A stretch of DNA of 33,218 bases, taken from Trichosphaerium sp. ATCC 40318. Taxonomy: Eukaryota; Protista; Tubulinea. The first letter of the stretch is position 1. Each line of letters begins with the position of its first letter. Below the pieces are notes generated by a model. That model was not told the origin of the DNA, searched no databases, and saw only the letters and a list, made by a program, of their open reading frames with translations. This document shows, one piece after another, positions 12,153-23,451 of the stretch. The stretch spans positions 1-33,218 of the forward strand of contig JALMLS010000528.1 of NCBI GenBank assembly GCA_038496445.1, read 5' to 3'. A program made the position numbers and the translations under genes.

Positions 12153-14337
12153 CTACAACATGACCAAAGCGAAGAGAGAAATAAGAGCACTCAATACGAA
12201 TGCTTTAATCGAAGCTGGCGACGATGGTGGTGATGTCGCTTGAGGAGTAGTTGGCTCTATAGGTTCTTGCGTTGGCATTGTTGGCACTGGTACTATTTCT
12301 GGGAAACATCCAACAGGTGAGCCACTTATGCTTTGCCAACTAAACACAGCATCTTCAATAGCTTCGGTTGGTTCTGAAGCTGTCACAACCATTGTATATT
12401 GTTCACCTTGAACGAGGAAAGCCGCTATTGGTATATTTTCTCCAGCTTTTACGAATGATCCAGCAGAGCAATCAGGTGGAAGGGTGCTGTAAAAAAGGTA
12501 AGGTACTGTAAGTTGTATATTCTTTACTAGTTTCGAAGAAGGAACTTACTCGAAATTTCGCATACTGTATGCCTCAGGTGCAACAGATTCGTTGAAAAGG
12601 GTTAATACAAGTTTATCAATCATATTGCAGCCATCAGGCACGATGACGTTTGAAAACGGAGAGACTATAGTATATCCAGTGGTTGTAACATCGATTGGCT
12701 AGCAAAAAAAAAATGAGTTTGTGCTGAGAATTGTTGGCACATGTCAAACGTACCACTGCGTTCCAGCTACCCATAGGACCATCATCGCTACATTCAGTTG
12801 TCACATTACCATCAGGAGTTGAAACTCGTGCATATTGCTAAGAAAGAAAAGGTGTTAACCTAAAAAGTTTGCTGAACACGTGTTTGTTTTTTTTCATACT
12901 GTGTCTCCGAGTCTCATAGGATTTGTGCAATTTGTAGGAGCGACAGGGTTTAAAGGAGGCTCAGCTGCAGGGACATACTCTTGTACCAAAACACCAGCAA
13001 GAACTACAATCAACAAGTGAGCTAAAACTGGAAATACATGAAAAAACAGTGGTTACTGGCGTACGTTCATTATATTCCATTCCAAAAACGAAAGTATACT
13101 CAGTACCACTTTCTAACTCCCACACATCACTAGAGATAATCGTCGTCTTCGTAATTTTGGTTCCACAATTGGTGTTGTCCATGCATGGTCCGACGTAGTC
13201 GGCATAAGCTTCAATACCAAATGGTGTTCTGACAGGTTCGATTAATTCCCCAACGAGAAAGCCAATAGATTTCGTAAAGTGAGTGGTACTAAAGAAAAGA
13301 TAAATAAGTGAAAATAAAGAGCCACTAGTCTTGTGTACCCATTGTTCGAGTTTGCTACTATGCCAGTAAACCCTAAGGTATAGTTTGCAGTTGCTGGTGG
13401 TGTCCACGTAAATGTGGCCGATCGGATAGGGGATACAAAGCCTGTAAACCCTCGTAAAACACTGTTTCGGTCTAGTTCTACTAAGGCTTGGTATTCAGGC
13501 TGTTTAGTTAACTCAACAACAAACACTCCCTCGAAACCAGTTTGGGGCTTTTTGATGCTATCGTCATGTGTTACAATACCAATAATAGTACCGGCTGGAA
13601 GCCATATAGCTCCAATAGAGGTAGCAGCTAAGAATTATGTCAGATTTTTATTTTCGAACAATGTTACAAAGAGAAGAAAAAAAAAAGAGTGAAAAACGGA
13701 CCTGGGTTACTTTGGATTTCGCCATGAAGGGCCCATACGAGGTTATCGCAAGAGGCAGCACAGTCAAAAGAGTCTGCATAGAAACCAACGTTGATGTGTT
13801 TAAGGAGATAACTAGAAGCATGAACTGCAAAAAAATTAGACTCAAAAAAAAATACCACGTGATCAAAACCCAAAAAAAGAGAAAAAAATGTTTTCCGGAT
13901 TTAAATAATCAAAAGACTCCGAATCAGAATCTAAATAGGCGAAATAAGTACCTGTGACGTAGTAAAACCCGGATGTAGCAACAGAAAGTTCCATTGATAC
14001 CCACGAAGTTGATTTTGTGCCACTAAAGGAGTAATGAGTATAAAACACCTTGTCACGTGTGTTTGGATAGTTTATTGATTATTGTTAATTAACAACAAAA
14101 AAAAAGGGATAGAGCGTACACTGCGCATTCGCCGCTTGCACCTAGGCCTAGAATAGTATACTGGGGTGGCGTAGCGCAAGTCCCGGCAGAATTTTTCCTT
14201 CAGGAAATGAGTTAATTGTTTGATTATATGATTTATTGACGTCTGTACCCGCAAGAGACATCGGCGAGTTGGCCAGAGAAACTTATTTTTGCAGAGTACG
14301 CGACTGCTGCGAAAAGCACAAGGTAGAAGAGATGCAT
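12153..14337 (-). CDS. Multi-exon secreted, probably GPI-anchored surface protein of unknown family
   Basis: Signal peptide MHLFYLVLFAAVAYSA; Cys-containing beta-rich exons join in frame; P/T/S linker followed by a hydrophobic tail (PSSPASIKAFVLSALISLFALVML*). Confidence 0.75.
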
Positions 14338-15266
14338 TAGCAGTTGAGGTCAAACCAGTATGGATTGAAAAAAATTGGATATTTTCGGTAAATTTTGGTT
14401 GTTACTTCAATTCAAATGTTCACCAATCTCGTCGATATTTCACAAAAAAAACGCGCGCAATATGCTGCCCAAGTGTAGACTATAGGTAGAATTTACTATT
14501 GCGAAAAAACTGTTACCCTTTTGATACTTTACGACACAGTAAATGAATCAACACAAAGTACCTTCACGTGGTATTTTTTTGTTTTAATGATTTCAAAACC
14601 AACAGTTTTAGAGCCTATTTGATAAGTGTAATGTACTTTCATGTACTCGTACTTAACTATGTAACGATACCTTAATAATGATACTGCTAAACTAATTGCC
14701 GTTCATCTGTATTACAGGTACCATATTAATACAACCAACTCTGTGATTTATGGCTTGTTTCTTCATTCTTGCTCTCAAAAATCGGTTCAAAGAAGGATTG
14801 CCTATTACTGTAACTCTCCAGACTCTGAAAGTCCTTGACTTAACCCTTAAATACTTAATAAACATCTTTTTATTCTAGTCTCTCGGTTACGTTACAGTAC
14901 TAGTTTATTGGATTTTGTTCGAAAAATTTCGAACTTCCTTGTTCGAAAAGCGGTCTCAACGCAAAGATTCTGGTGAGGTAATGTTAAGTGAAAGGGAACT
15001 ATGACAACAATAAAATAGTACAACAGCATCAATATTAGCGTCAATACATAACGTTTACCACTATAATAATAAAGTGAGGTTTACGGTACATTTTTTTGTG
15101 TTGCCTCAGGTTCGCTAAAAAAACCCAACATTCAGTTTTAGTTTCTAAGTCAGAATCTCATCTCTTCTACGGATATTACCACAGGTCCTCAACACTAAAT
15201 AACACAGCTGGGTATTGATAAAACATACATTTATATATCCACAAGAACAGTAACAACACATCAAAA

Positions 15267-15659
15267 ATGTGGAAGAACCTCAAGCGCTGTAGTAAAGCAA
15301 TACGATCTACTTTAGGTCGCACAAAAAAAAACTCAAGAAAAAAACCTTTTCATTATAATGCTTATGACGTAACAATGATTAATGGCGACTATGTATATAT
15401 ATCACCTATACACAAAGATAAAAAGTCATATCACTTAAAAATAAGCTTCACTATCAACACTGGAGCGAATAATAACAGAACACAACAACCTAAAACTCTG
15501 GAACATGTAAATACTTCAAAACACACCTACACTCAAAACAAAAGCAATACACAACGAAGGAACTATTGCGAACACACAAACAAAAACTATGTAAATCCGT
15601 TACCTCTATTCTTATTTTTTACATTGCTTTTGATGATGGTGACCAACACTTTTAAATAA
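15267..15659 (+). CDS. Hypothetical intronless basic protein with a C-terminal hydrophobic segment
   Basis: 130-codon ATG ORF preceded by the ACAACAC-rich leader seen at other genes; its stop overlaps AATAAA. No recognisable domain. Confidence 0.4.
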   Translation: MWKNLKRCSKAIRSTLGRTKKNSRKKPFHYNAYDVTMINGDYVYISPIHKDKKSYHLKISFTINTGANNNRTQQPKTLEHVNTSKHTYTQNKSNTQRRNYCEHTNKNYVNPLPLFLFFTLLLMMVTNTFK

Positions 15660-15873
15660 AAAACTTAAAAATCACACTTGTTTTACTTGTTGTTTTTCTT
15701 GTTGACTCGTGCGTTCACACGTGCTTCTGGATATCATACCGCACTATACTCATGTACTCTATTAAACATATTGTATGCTACTATTTATTGTAGTCTGCGA
15801 GCACTGATATCTAGAGAGCAGTACTTAACTTTGTTAAGGTAGTATTTGTAATTACGCTATCTGGTTAGACGCA

Positions 15874-16450
15874 ATGCTTTCTATTAAAATAGTAGAGGCT
15901 AAAGACTTACTCAACATGGACACAACAGGTATAAAACCGCGAGTTTCGGAGTCTTTAAAGAGTTTTTATTGTTTTATTATTCCTGATCCCTCTGCTGACG
16001 TCTTTTAGGCAAAAGTGACCCATACGTTGAAGTGCAGGTTGGATACGAGTATAAATGGTCCAAAGTATGGAAAACAAAAGTGAAAAACAACACATTGTCG
16101 CCAGTATGGAACGAAGAATTCACGTGCGCACATGACTACATTAATCTTTTCGATAACATGGTAATAATAATTCTTAACTCGATTGTAGTATCCCTGTTGG
16201 TGACGTGTACCAAGCTAGAATACGCCTAAAATTAAAGGATAAAGATATAATGAGCGCTGATGACCAGGTTAGGCGATGATCACGTGATACATTTTAACAC
16301 ATCCACTAACTTTTTTTCCTTACCAAGATGGGTGGTATCGAAATTCCGCTAAAGGGGCTTGAAAAAGGGGCTGTACATGATAAGTGGTATGGTATTAAGC
16401 TAAAAAAAAAGGACGCTGGCGTTATTCATGTTATTTATAAGCTTGAATAG
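15874..16450 (+). CDS. Stand-alone C2-domain (Ca2+/phospholipid-binding) protein, 4 exons
   Basis: MLSIKIVEAKDLLNMDTTG|KSDPYVEV…KTKVKNNTLSPVWNEEFT|IPV…LKDKDIMSADDQ|MGGIEIPL…DKWY…GVIHVIYKLE*. The Ca-binding Asp residues are present. Confidence 0.93.
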
Positions 16451-16566
16451 TTATATGTAATAAAAACCACCGATCTGCCCATTATTTCATTAAAAAGTAC
16501 CGTAGATTTGCTTGCCGAAGGCATTCTGAAGTTTTGAGCTATCGCATTACGAAACCCTTAGTTTTC

Positions 16567-16600
16567 CACGTGTAATTGCTAGTAAGAGCGTAAACACGTG
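16567..16600. promoter_or_regulatory. Paired CACGTG (E-box/G-box) sites upstream of the ATG at 16654
   Basis: CACGTG at 16567 and 16595. The same motif lies upstream of several other starts. Confidence 0.5.
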
Positions 16601-16653
16601 TTGATGAATCGGTAGTTAAGTGTTATTCTGAAAATACAGTAAAAGCTTCCCAA

Positions 16654-18240
16654 ATGAAGATCAAACGCCTCCTGGTTTTTATTTCAATATGTATTATTGC
16701 AGCAGGTACCTTTAAAGCGGTTTAATAAAATAACGCGAAAGACTCCTCTAAAACACAATTATTCTTCCATTTTTGCGCTGTCAACAGACAGCACTTAGTG
16801 CCAATATAAATTGGATAGAAAAAAAGTTAATTGGTGCTGTAAGTCGCTTAATAATGATGTTATAGTGAGTCAAAGTACAATCACGTCGATAATTGGTGAT
16901 TCAAACGCAGCATTTATTGACGGTGGTATGTCGTTGACGGATAAAAACTTTGGACGAAGAATTGTAGTTGAGGTAGGGCCGACACGAGTTGGTCTTGTAA
17001 GATTTTCTAAAATATTTGAGAGAGATGGTAACATGTTGTGTCTGCAACACTAAAAATCTGACTTTTCCCGAGGTGGACCTGTACCAGACAATGCAGAAAT
17101 CATAAACGCAACTTTTACAGTGACAACAGGTGATGTAATCTTAGACGCAGCAATATTCGAAGCGACCAAACTATGGGATGAAGATACAGTCACATGGGAT
17201 AATTATGGTAATTTGTACAAACTATTTTATGCCTTTAAAGTAAGTCTTCTTAGGCCTAATATCTACTTCACCGGACCTGTTTATCACAGATATAAAGTAT
17301 GTGGATAGTCATGTTGTACATGCTAATGTAACTTGTACGCTAAAGATAAATGGCCGTGTTTTGAAGTTGTTAACTTGTTTTTTAGCGTATTTCCAAAATT
17401 TGGTTGCAACTAACTTTACCAATGATTTCGGGTGGAGTTTTCTGCAAAATTTAGGTTTATCTAGTTTCAATAGCAATGATAATACAGTTGAAAGTACAAG
17501 ACCTTCTTTATCTGTTGAATGGCGTTGTAATGACCAAGATGGTTGCACACGTGATGTACACATGATTTTCACATAACGTTATTAACCTTTTTTAAACAGT
17601 GCTTTGTTGGCAACCTCAAGTGTCAGTGTTCCCTTAATTCGACTGTATACGATTGTCCTGATGTTTTAGATGGAACAGTGACCCTTCCTCAGGGAGAAAT
17701 AACTTGGACAAGTACGTTCCCAAAGCAAAACCTTATAAAGAATGAAGCTTGTTTGTAGATGCTTTTAAAACTACAAACTCTTCAATTATCGTCTTCAACA
17801 TTGACACAACAGTTGTCTTTGAATCCTGCCATGACATCAAAGGTAAGAAATTTGTAGCAGCACTTTTTGGTTATGTGCTTTCATGCAAACTTATGTATTT
17901 GTGTAAACAGGTACAATTCAAGTCAACTTCCAACTTGGTGCAGGACTAGAGGCTGTCCTCTTGAAATACAAAAGCACTTGTACTATTTCTGATGTCAATG
18001 TTGTTTTCAAAGGTGTAAACGATGACTGCATTACAGGTCGGGCAGTGAACCGAGGTACATAAATCTGAAAAATTTACATAGTCAAACTAAAAAACGTCTA
18101 CTTTACTTGAATTGAGTTGTCTCCATTTAGGTGCAAGTCTCGTTGCTGTTTTTGGAAATATTTGTTCTGGAAGTATTAAGACTATTCAAGCCACAATTTT
18201 GATAATCATTGCAATACTGTTAGCAGTTGTCATACCATAA
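16654..18240 (+). CDS. Secreted, probably GPI-anchored protein with a DNRLRE/CBM96-like domain and a Cys-rich region
   Basis: Signal MKIKRLLVFISICIIAA; AAFIDGG…DKNFG…GLVRF…VPDNAEIINATF…WDEDTVTWDN…NVTSYFQN…FNSND…RPSLSVEW matches the DNRLRE pattern; hydrophobic tail ILIIIAILLAVVIP*. Confidence 0.75.
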
Positions 18241-18522
18241 AGTCAATGCTGCTTATGCATCATTTATTTATCTCCTATTTTAACTTTAGGCATACATTTA
18301 CCTTAAATGCTTCATATCTACTACTACCCCATGCACCTTTTGCACTATTCCAAGGCGTGTTCAAGTCTATCCACATGCCAACCTAATGTTATTCTGTTGT
18401 TTACCATTACAGGCTTGAAAAATCGAATTGCTTTTTCTATTTATAGCCATTCAATGATTTCTTTTCTGAGTCGTTCAAGTGCAACAAACCAGCAATTTAT
18501 AACGTAACGGGAAGCACCTTGG

Positions 18523-19396
18523 ATGGTTGAATATAAGATAGTAGTTATTGGCGATGGTGTAGGTAAATCAGCACTTACAATACAACTTATTCAAAATCAC
18601 TTTGTTGATGAATACGACCCTACCATAGAAGATTCGTAAGTGTTTTTAATCAAACGCTTTTTACGCAGTTTACTCTTCTCTTTGGTTCAAACGTGTTATA
18701 ACGCTTATGTAGGTATTGTAAACTATGTATTGTGGACAAGGAGACACTTCTTTTGGATATTCTTCATACAGCGGGAAGAGAAGAGTACAATGTAATTAAT
18801 GCGTGATCAAGTATCAGCTGAACGCGTATAACTAACGTATTTGTTAACATGTAGTACATGAGAACAGGCGAAGGGTTTTTAATTGTTTACGCCATTACAA
18901 GCCGTGTATCGTTCGAGGAAGTAACAGCTTTATATGACCGAGTTAGAAAGTACGGAACTTTACAAATCTATAGTCCAATTTTACCTTGTGGATCGGCATC
19001 TACGACAGACAGACTACCAATAATCAAACATGTGCTACACAAACATGCCCCTTCTATCCAAGCTTGAGGAGCTTTTAGAGTAAAAGAATAAACGTCAACT
19101 TTCTTTTTCCCATTATTTTATCAAAAAAGGTTTTTGCTGATATTGGATTAGAGTCAAGGATCTAGACACTTTCCCTTCAGTAATAGTTGGGAATAAAGTT
19201 GATTTAGAAGAAGACAGACAAGTTACTAAAGGAGAAGGAGAAGAGCTTGGAAAGCATTACAGCCCTTTTATGAGACATCAGCTAAAACACGTGAAAATGT
19301 CGAAGAAGCTTTTTATCAACTTGTACGAGAGATAAGCAACAAGATTCGATTACATCAAACCCTATTAAACAAAATAGACAGTGTGCTATGATGTAA
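18523..19396 (+). pseudogene. Ras-family GTPase copy 2, inverted duplicate of copy 1, frameshifted
   Basis: Same intron positions, 5' leader (CAATTTATAACGTAACGGGAAGCACC) and CAMM tail as copy 1. One codon is missing in G1 (GDGVGKS), there is a 4-nt insertion at about 18795 giving TGA, and further frameshifts at about 19265 and about 19340. Confidence 0.85.
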
Positions 19397-19454
19397 AAAA
19401 AACAGCTTGCGGGGAATGGACACAGAGCCACAATTTTTCAAGCATTTATTCTCA

Positions 19455-19490
19455 AATGTACCGTAAACAAATACTTGTTTACGGTGCATT
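19455..19490 (+). repeat. 16-bp inverted repeat (hairpin) downstream of Ras copy 2
   Basis: AATGTACCGTAAACAA-ATAC-TTGTTTACGGTGCATT; one U-G wobble if read as + strand RNA. Confidence 0.8.
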
Positions 19491-19786
19491 GATTTAGAAG
19501 AGGGCCACAGGCCTTCGCATACTTATTTTAGTTTACAAGTTTGATTAGCGTTAACTGCAGTATTGCAATGTCAAAGCTATTTTCATCATAGAGTTATTAG
19601 TAATTTCTCATATGCTAGCCACGTTCTTCTCCTTATTAGCTAGTTTTTAGGCAATAGGTAAATTTTTTTACCGGGCATTTTACCAGATATACTATGCTGA
19701 TTCTTAGTTCTGAGTTGTACTGAGAACCAGAAAATTGACCTTTTTTTTCTGTGAAGAGTAGAAAGGTTTTCATACAAAATAATAAA

Positions 19787-19816
19787 CACGTGCGGGTATA
19801 ACCTTTTATTCACGTG
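19787..19816. promoter_or_regulatory. Paired CACGTG (E-box/G-box) sites upstream of the beta-helix receptor gene
   Basis: CACGTG at 19787 and at 19811 (extended palindrome TTCACGTGAA). Confidence 0.5.
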
Positions 19817-19920
19817 AACGTTATCCTCTTCTTCGGAGAATAAGAATTTGTGCAGCACAGTGCATGTCTCCATGTCGCACAAAACTTAATAACCGACCGT
19901 CTTTTATTGTAAACTGACAA

Positions 19921-21747
19921 ATGATTTACAACACAACAATGAATTACTGGATGTTTGTTGCCGCATTATTGATGTTCATACCTTATTGTAGTGCCGAGGT
20001 CGTTCTACAACAGAACATTACAACAGATATTACTCTTAAAGCGGAAGAAAGCCCTTATATCATCGCAGATTTGGTAAGAGTCCAACCTTGGGTAAATTTT
20101 ACAATGGAACCTGGCGCGATAATTCAGGGAATTTCTTCTCAGTCAAGCATCTTGTTCTATGGTACAAACGTTCATTTATCGGGAAACAGTACACACAATA
20201 CGGTAGTAACCAATAACGGTTCATTAAACTTTTTCATGTACTTCGAATCAACATCAACTAATCCGTACACGTGGAAATATGCAAATATTTCAGGTTGTTG
20301 GATTACTATCAACCACATGATCTTTTCAATCTCTCATTCTTATGTGTACGCAAGTTTTGAATACTCTTCGAGAACGCTGTTGTTTGAATACGTAACAGGA
20401 GGTGTACGGGTAGTAACAGAACTTGGAAATCTTGTAGTTTCTAACAGCAAGTTAACTGGTTTCTCGAACGGTCTTTCTGTTGTTACTTCCAATGGCCAGT
20501 CATATCCGCTCTTCATAGACAGCAACGTACGATGTTTTCAATGCAATGGTAGATTTGTAAGGAGCAATGTAACCTTAAAGGAGAAGAATGTAATAGTATG
20601 GGGTGCAGTTGATAGCCATTTTGAACTTCAATATAAAGAAAACAGTCAATACGAAGTGAAGCTAAGACCAATAATATCAGATATACGAAACAACACCTTT
20701 CGCGGAACAGGATGGATATCAACTGCATTAGACAACGCAACTCCGTATAGCACTTCAGACAACGTCATGAATGTATCTAGAATTGATATAGACTACAACG
20801 TAAACGTGACATATAATAACATTTCAGCAGATTTAATTTTTCTTAGTACCAGAAATTTTGTACAAAGTAATACTTTTATTGCAAGACAATACATCGCTAG
20901 TTACGGACACTCAAAACCAAATAGATTCTCTGCACCAAAGTATTATACACAAGGCGATATTCACAACAGCGATTTTAGCTTGGAAATGCGCGTAATAGCA
21001 CAGAGTAACAATGTGGATATCAGTAACAATTACTGGAGTACAACTGATTTAGGAGAAATTAAAGATCGTATATCCTGTGACCATATGTGTGTAAACAATT
21101 CTTTTGTATTCGAGCCGATAAGAACTCAGCACGTGATACTACCACCGGAAGCTCCTTTACCTCCGCCACCAACAACAGTTGTACCTACAACATTATCTCC
21201 TACAACAATACCTCCTACAACAGCACCACCAACAACGGAAGCACCAACAACGGAAGCACCAACAACGGAAGCACCTACAACACTTGTTCCTATAACAGCG
21301 CCGCCTACAACAGCATCACCAACGACAGCACCACCAATAACAGTATCACCAACAGCAAGTGTACCTACAACGTTATCTCCTACGACAACATGGCCAACAA
21401 CACTACGGCCAACATCACCTCCAACAATCCCTCCAACAACATTAACACCTACAACAATTGTTCCAACGACCACGCATCCTACACCGTTACGGCCAACAAC
21501 ACAACCAGTAGCGCCTACAAGCACACAAGTACCAACAACAGCTTCACCTACTGGACCTCAACAACCTCCTGCTGAATCTACTGGCAAACAACGAAACAAA
21601 AACCTGTATGTAGGTTTGGTTTTGGCACTTTGTGCAGCTTTGGTTATTTTCGTTTCAAGTATGATTGTTTTCTTTTACTGTAAAAAGAAACGTGCGCTTG
21701 TAAACGATGAACCTGAGTATGACCTTTTAAGTGACACGCAACTTTGA
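19921..21747 (+). CDS. Intronless type I membrane protein: pectin-lyase-like right-handed beta-helix, PT stalk, TM helix, short tail
   Basis: Signal peptide (the true start is probably the ATG at 19939); SPYIIADLVRVQPWVNFTMEPGAII and NNYWSTTDLGEIKDRI..D motifs; N/I-rich beta-helix; PTT repeats at about 21140-21570; TM LYVGLVLALCAALVIFVSSMIVFFYC; tail …YDLLSDTQL. Confidence 0.85.
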   Translation: MIYNTTMNYWMFVAALLMFIPYCSAEVVLQQNITTDITLKAEESPYIIADLVRVQPWVNFTMEPGAIIQGISSQSSILFYGTNVHLSGNSTHNTVVTNNGSLNFFMYFESTSTNPYTWKYANISGCWITINHMIFSISHSYVYASFEYSSRTLLFEYVTGGVRVVTELGNLVVSNSKLTGFSNGLSVVTSNGQSYPLFIDSNVRCFQCNGRFVRSNVTLKEKNVIVWGAVDSHFELQYKENSQYEVKLRPIISDIRNNTFRGTGWISTALDNATPYSTSDNVMNVSRIDIDYNVNVTYNNISADLIFLSTRNFVQSNTFIARQYIASYGHSKPNRFSAPKYYTQGDIHNSDFSLEMRVIAQSNNVDISNNYWSTTDLGEIKDRISCDHMCVNNSFVFEPIRTQHVILPPEAPLPPPPTTVVPTTLSPTTIPPTTAPPTTEAPTTEAPTTEAPTTLVPITAPPTTASPTTAPPITVSPTASVPTTLSPTTTWPTTLRPTSPPTIPPTTLTPTTIVPTTTHPTPLRPTTQPVAPTSTQVPTTASPTGPQQPPAESTGKQRNKNLYVGLVLALCAALVIFVSSMIVFFYCKKKRALVNDEPEYDLLSDTQL

Positions 21748-22089
21748 AACCTATACAAAACCAAGACAATAAACTGTTGAACACCTTAACAAACTCCTAA
21801 ACCTTTTGCCTATTTCAGTTGCTATCTCGTTCCGTTTTGTTGAATGACGCTCACTATAATCTCCATATTGCAACACCTCAGTAATTTCTTACGCTCCTAC
21901 CTAAAGTTTATTCTTGTGCTTGATATACATTTGCAAATATTCATAGGTGTTTGGTGACAATGCCAATTTGAGAACTTGTGTTTGAGAAAAATGAAAGGGT
22001 TGCCAACTATAACGATAAATAATTTACATTGTAATCTTTGATTTTGATTTAACTTGTCAAAAGTACAGTTTGTGAAATTACCAAATTTT

Positions 22090-23020
22090 TTACTTTAGTT
22101 GGCCATCCTCATACCATCGTTTCTTTTCGCCATGCCGTTTATTCTCAATCCAGAAGCTGTGTTCCTTAAGTTGTCCATTCTCATACCACTTTTTTTTTTT
22201 ACCATGCTTTTTACCATCGACCCACATACATTGTCCCTTAAGTTGACCACTTTCAAACCAATATTTTGCTTCACCATGTTGTTTACCATCTACCCAAATG
22301 CATTGTTCCTTTTGTTGTCCATTCTCATACCACTTTTTTTTTTCACCATGCTTTTTACCATCAACCCACATACATTGTCCCTTAAGTTGTCCACTTTCAA
22401 ACCAATCTTTACGTTCACCATGTTGTTTACCATCTACCCACATGCGTTGTTCTTTCAGTTGTCCATTCTCATGCCATGTTTTATCATGACCATGTTGTTG
22501 GTCATGAGCCCATATGCTGTAGTCCTTAAGTTGTCCATTCTCATACCATCCCTTACTATCACCATGTTGCTTACCATTAACACACGTCCACTGTTCCATA
22601 AGTTGTCCATTCTCATACCATCCTTTACATTTGCCATGCTGTTTACCATCAAGCCACATCCCGTGTTCCTTCCAATTTCCACTCTTATAAAATCGTATCC
22701 ATGCACCTTTCTTTTGTAACAGTTTGTCAAAATGTGTATTAATAGCAGCTCTCTTTGATAGCACGTGAAATTTGGTGAAGACTTCAGCATTGAAAGTACA
22801 AATATACTTTTGAAGTTCACATGGAATATCTAGTAAAGTCAAAGGGCCCAATGCCAATTCACAGTTTATGTTGATAAGCTTTGCACTAGACTGTAAAAAC
22901 TTAGACAAAAAAGGCAAACAAAACGTTTGGGCAGCTCGCTTTTGACAGTTTCTTAGAATTTCGGAAAAAGCGAGTTTGAAAAATTATTGCTTTGTCTGTC
23001 AGTACGGTTTCTCGGTACAT
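22090..23020 (-). CDS. F-box-like N-terminus + MORN-variant (YwqK-like) repeat protein
   Basis: LLDIPCELQKYI (F-box-like) followed by about eight 24-aa repeats of G(K)xHGxxKxWYENGQLK. A likely ATG at 23020 is joined by a 34-nt intron ending TTTTACAG; the ORF-track start at 22917 is a TTG. Confidence 0.85.
22160..22470 (-). repeat. Recent 144-nt (two-repeat-unit) tandem duplication within the MORN array
   Basis: GTTGTCCATTCTCATACCAC recurs at 22170 and 22314 with near-identical intervening sequence; the basic period is 72 nt. Confidence 0.85.
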
Positions 23021-23451
23021 AAATCGCAAAAAGTTTGACTACCTGTAACTATAGCATCATAACTATATGTTAAAAGTAGCGATTGAAGTGTAAGATGGTT
23101 CTGAGGTGAGTAAAAACGTCTCAAAGATTTCAAAACAGTCTCAAAAGCGATGCTGCCCTTTATCTTCTTCTTTCAATGGTACTTGTTACAAAAGCAAAGA
23201 AATCGCTTCAAAAAAACAATTCCAAGGAGCTTTGCATTCAAATGACTACTTACAAGAGAGTTGTAGGTATTTCTTGCGTTTTACGTACCATTACTGATCC
23301 TCGTTAAAAAACGTGCGGTTAAAATAAACTTGTTGGGTTTGCAGTACTTTTCGCGGTTTACGTGAAGCTGTTATATGTCTAAGCAGAGCTTGCTTATTGT
23401 CCGAAATTATTACAAGAAAAGAAACAGTACGAAGATTAAGTTAGCTTAAGT

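Noticed and set aside
13845-13910. TCACGTG plus AT tract plus TTCCG resembling a yeast point centromere
   Set aside because: It lies inside an intron, the spacing is wrong, and the motif is common throughout the window.
21087-21575. Asn-rich (+) and Val/Gly-rich (-) ORFs
   Set aside because: Shadows of the PTT stalk of the 608-aa receptor gene.
22095-22820. Periodic repeats as a CRISPR array; 206-aa hydrophobic + strand ORF; YwqJK toxin-antitoxin system
   Set aside because: The repeats are in-frame coding MORN units with no unique spacers, the other ORFs are shadows, and no toxin partner is present.
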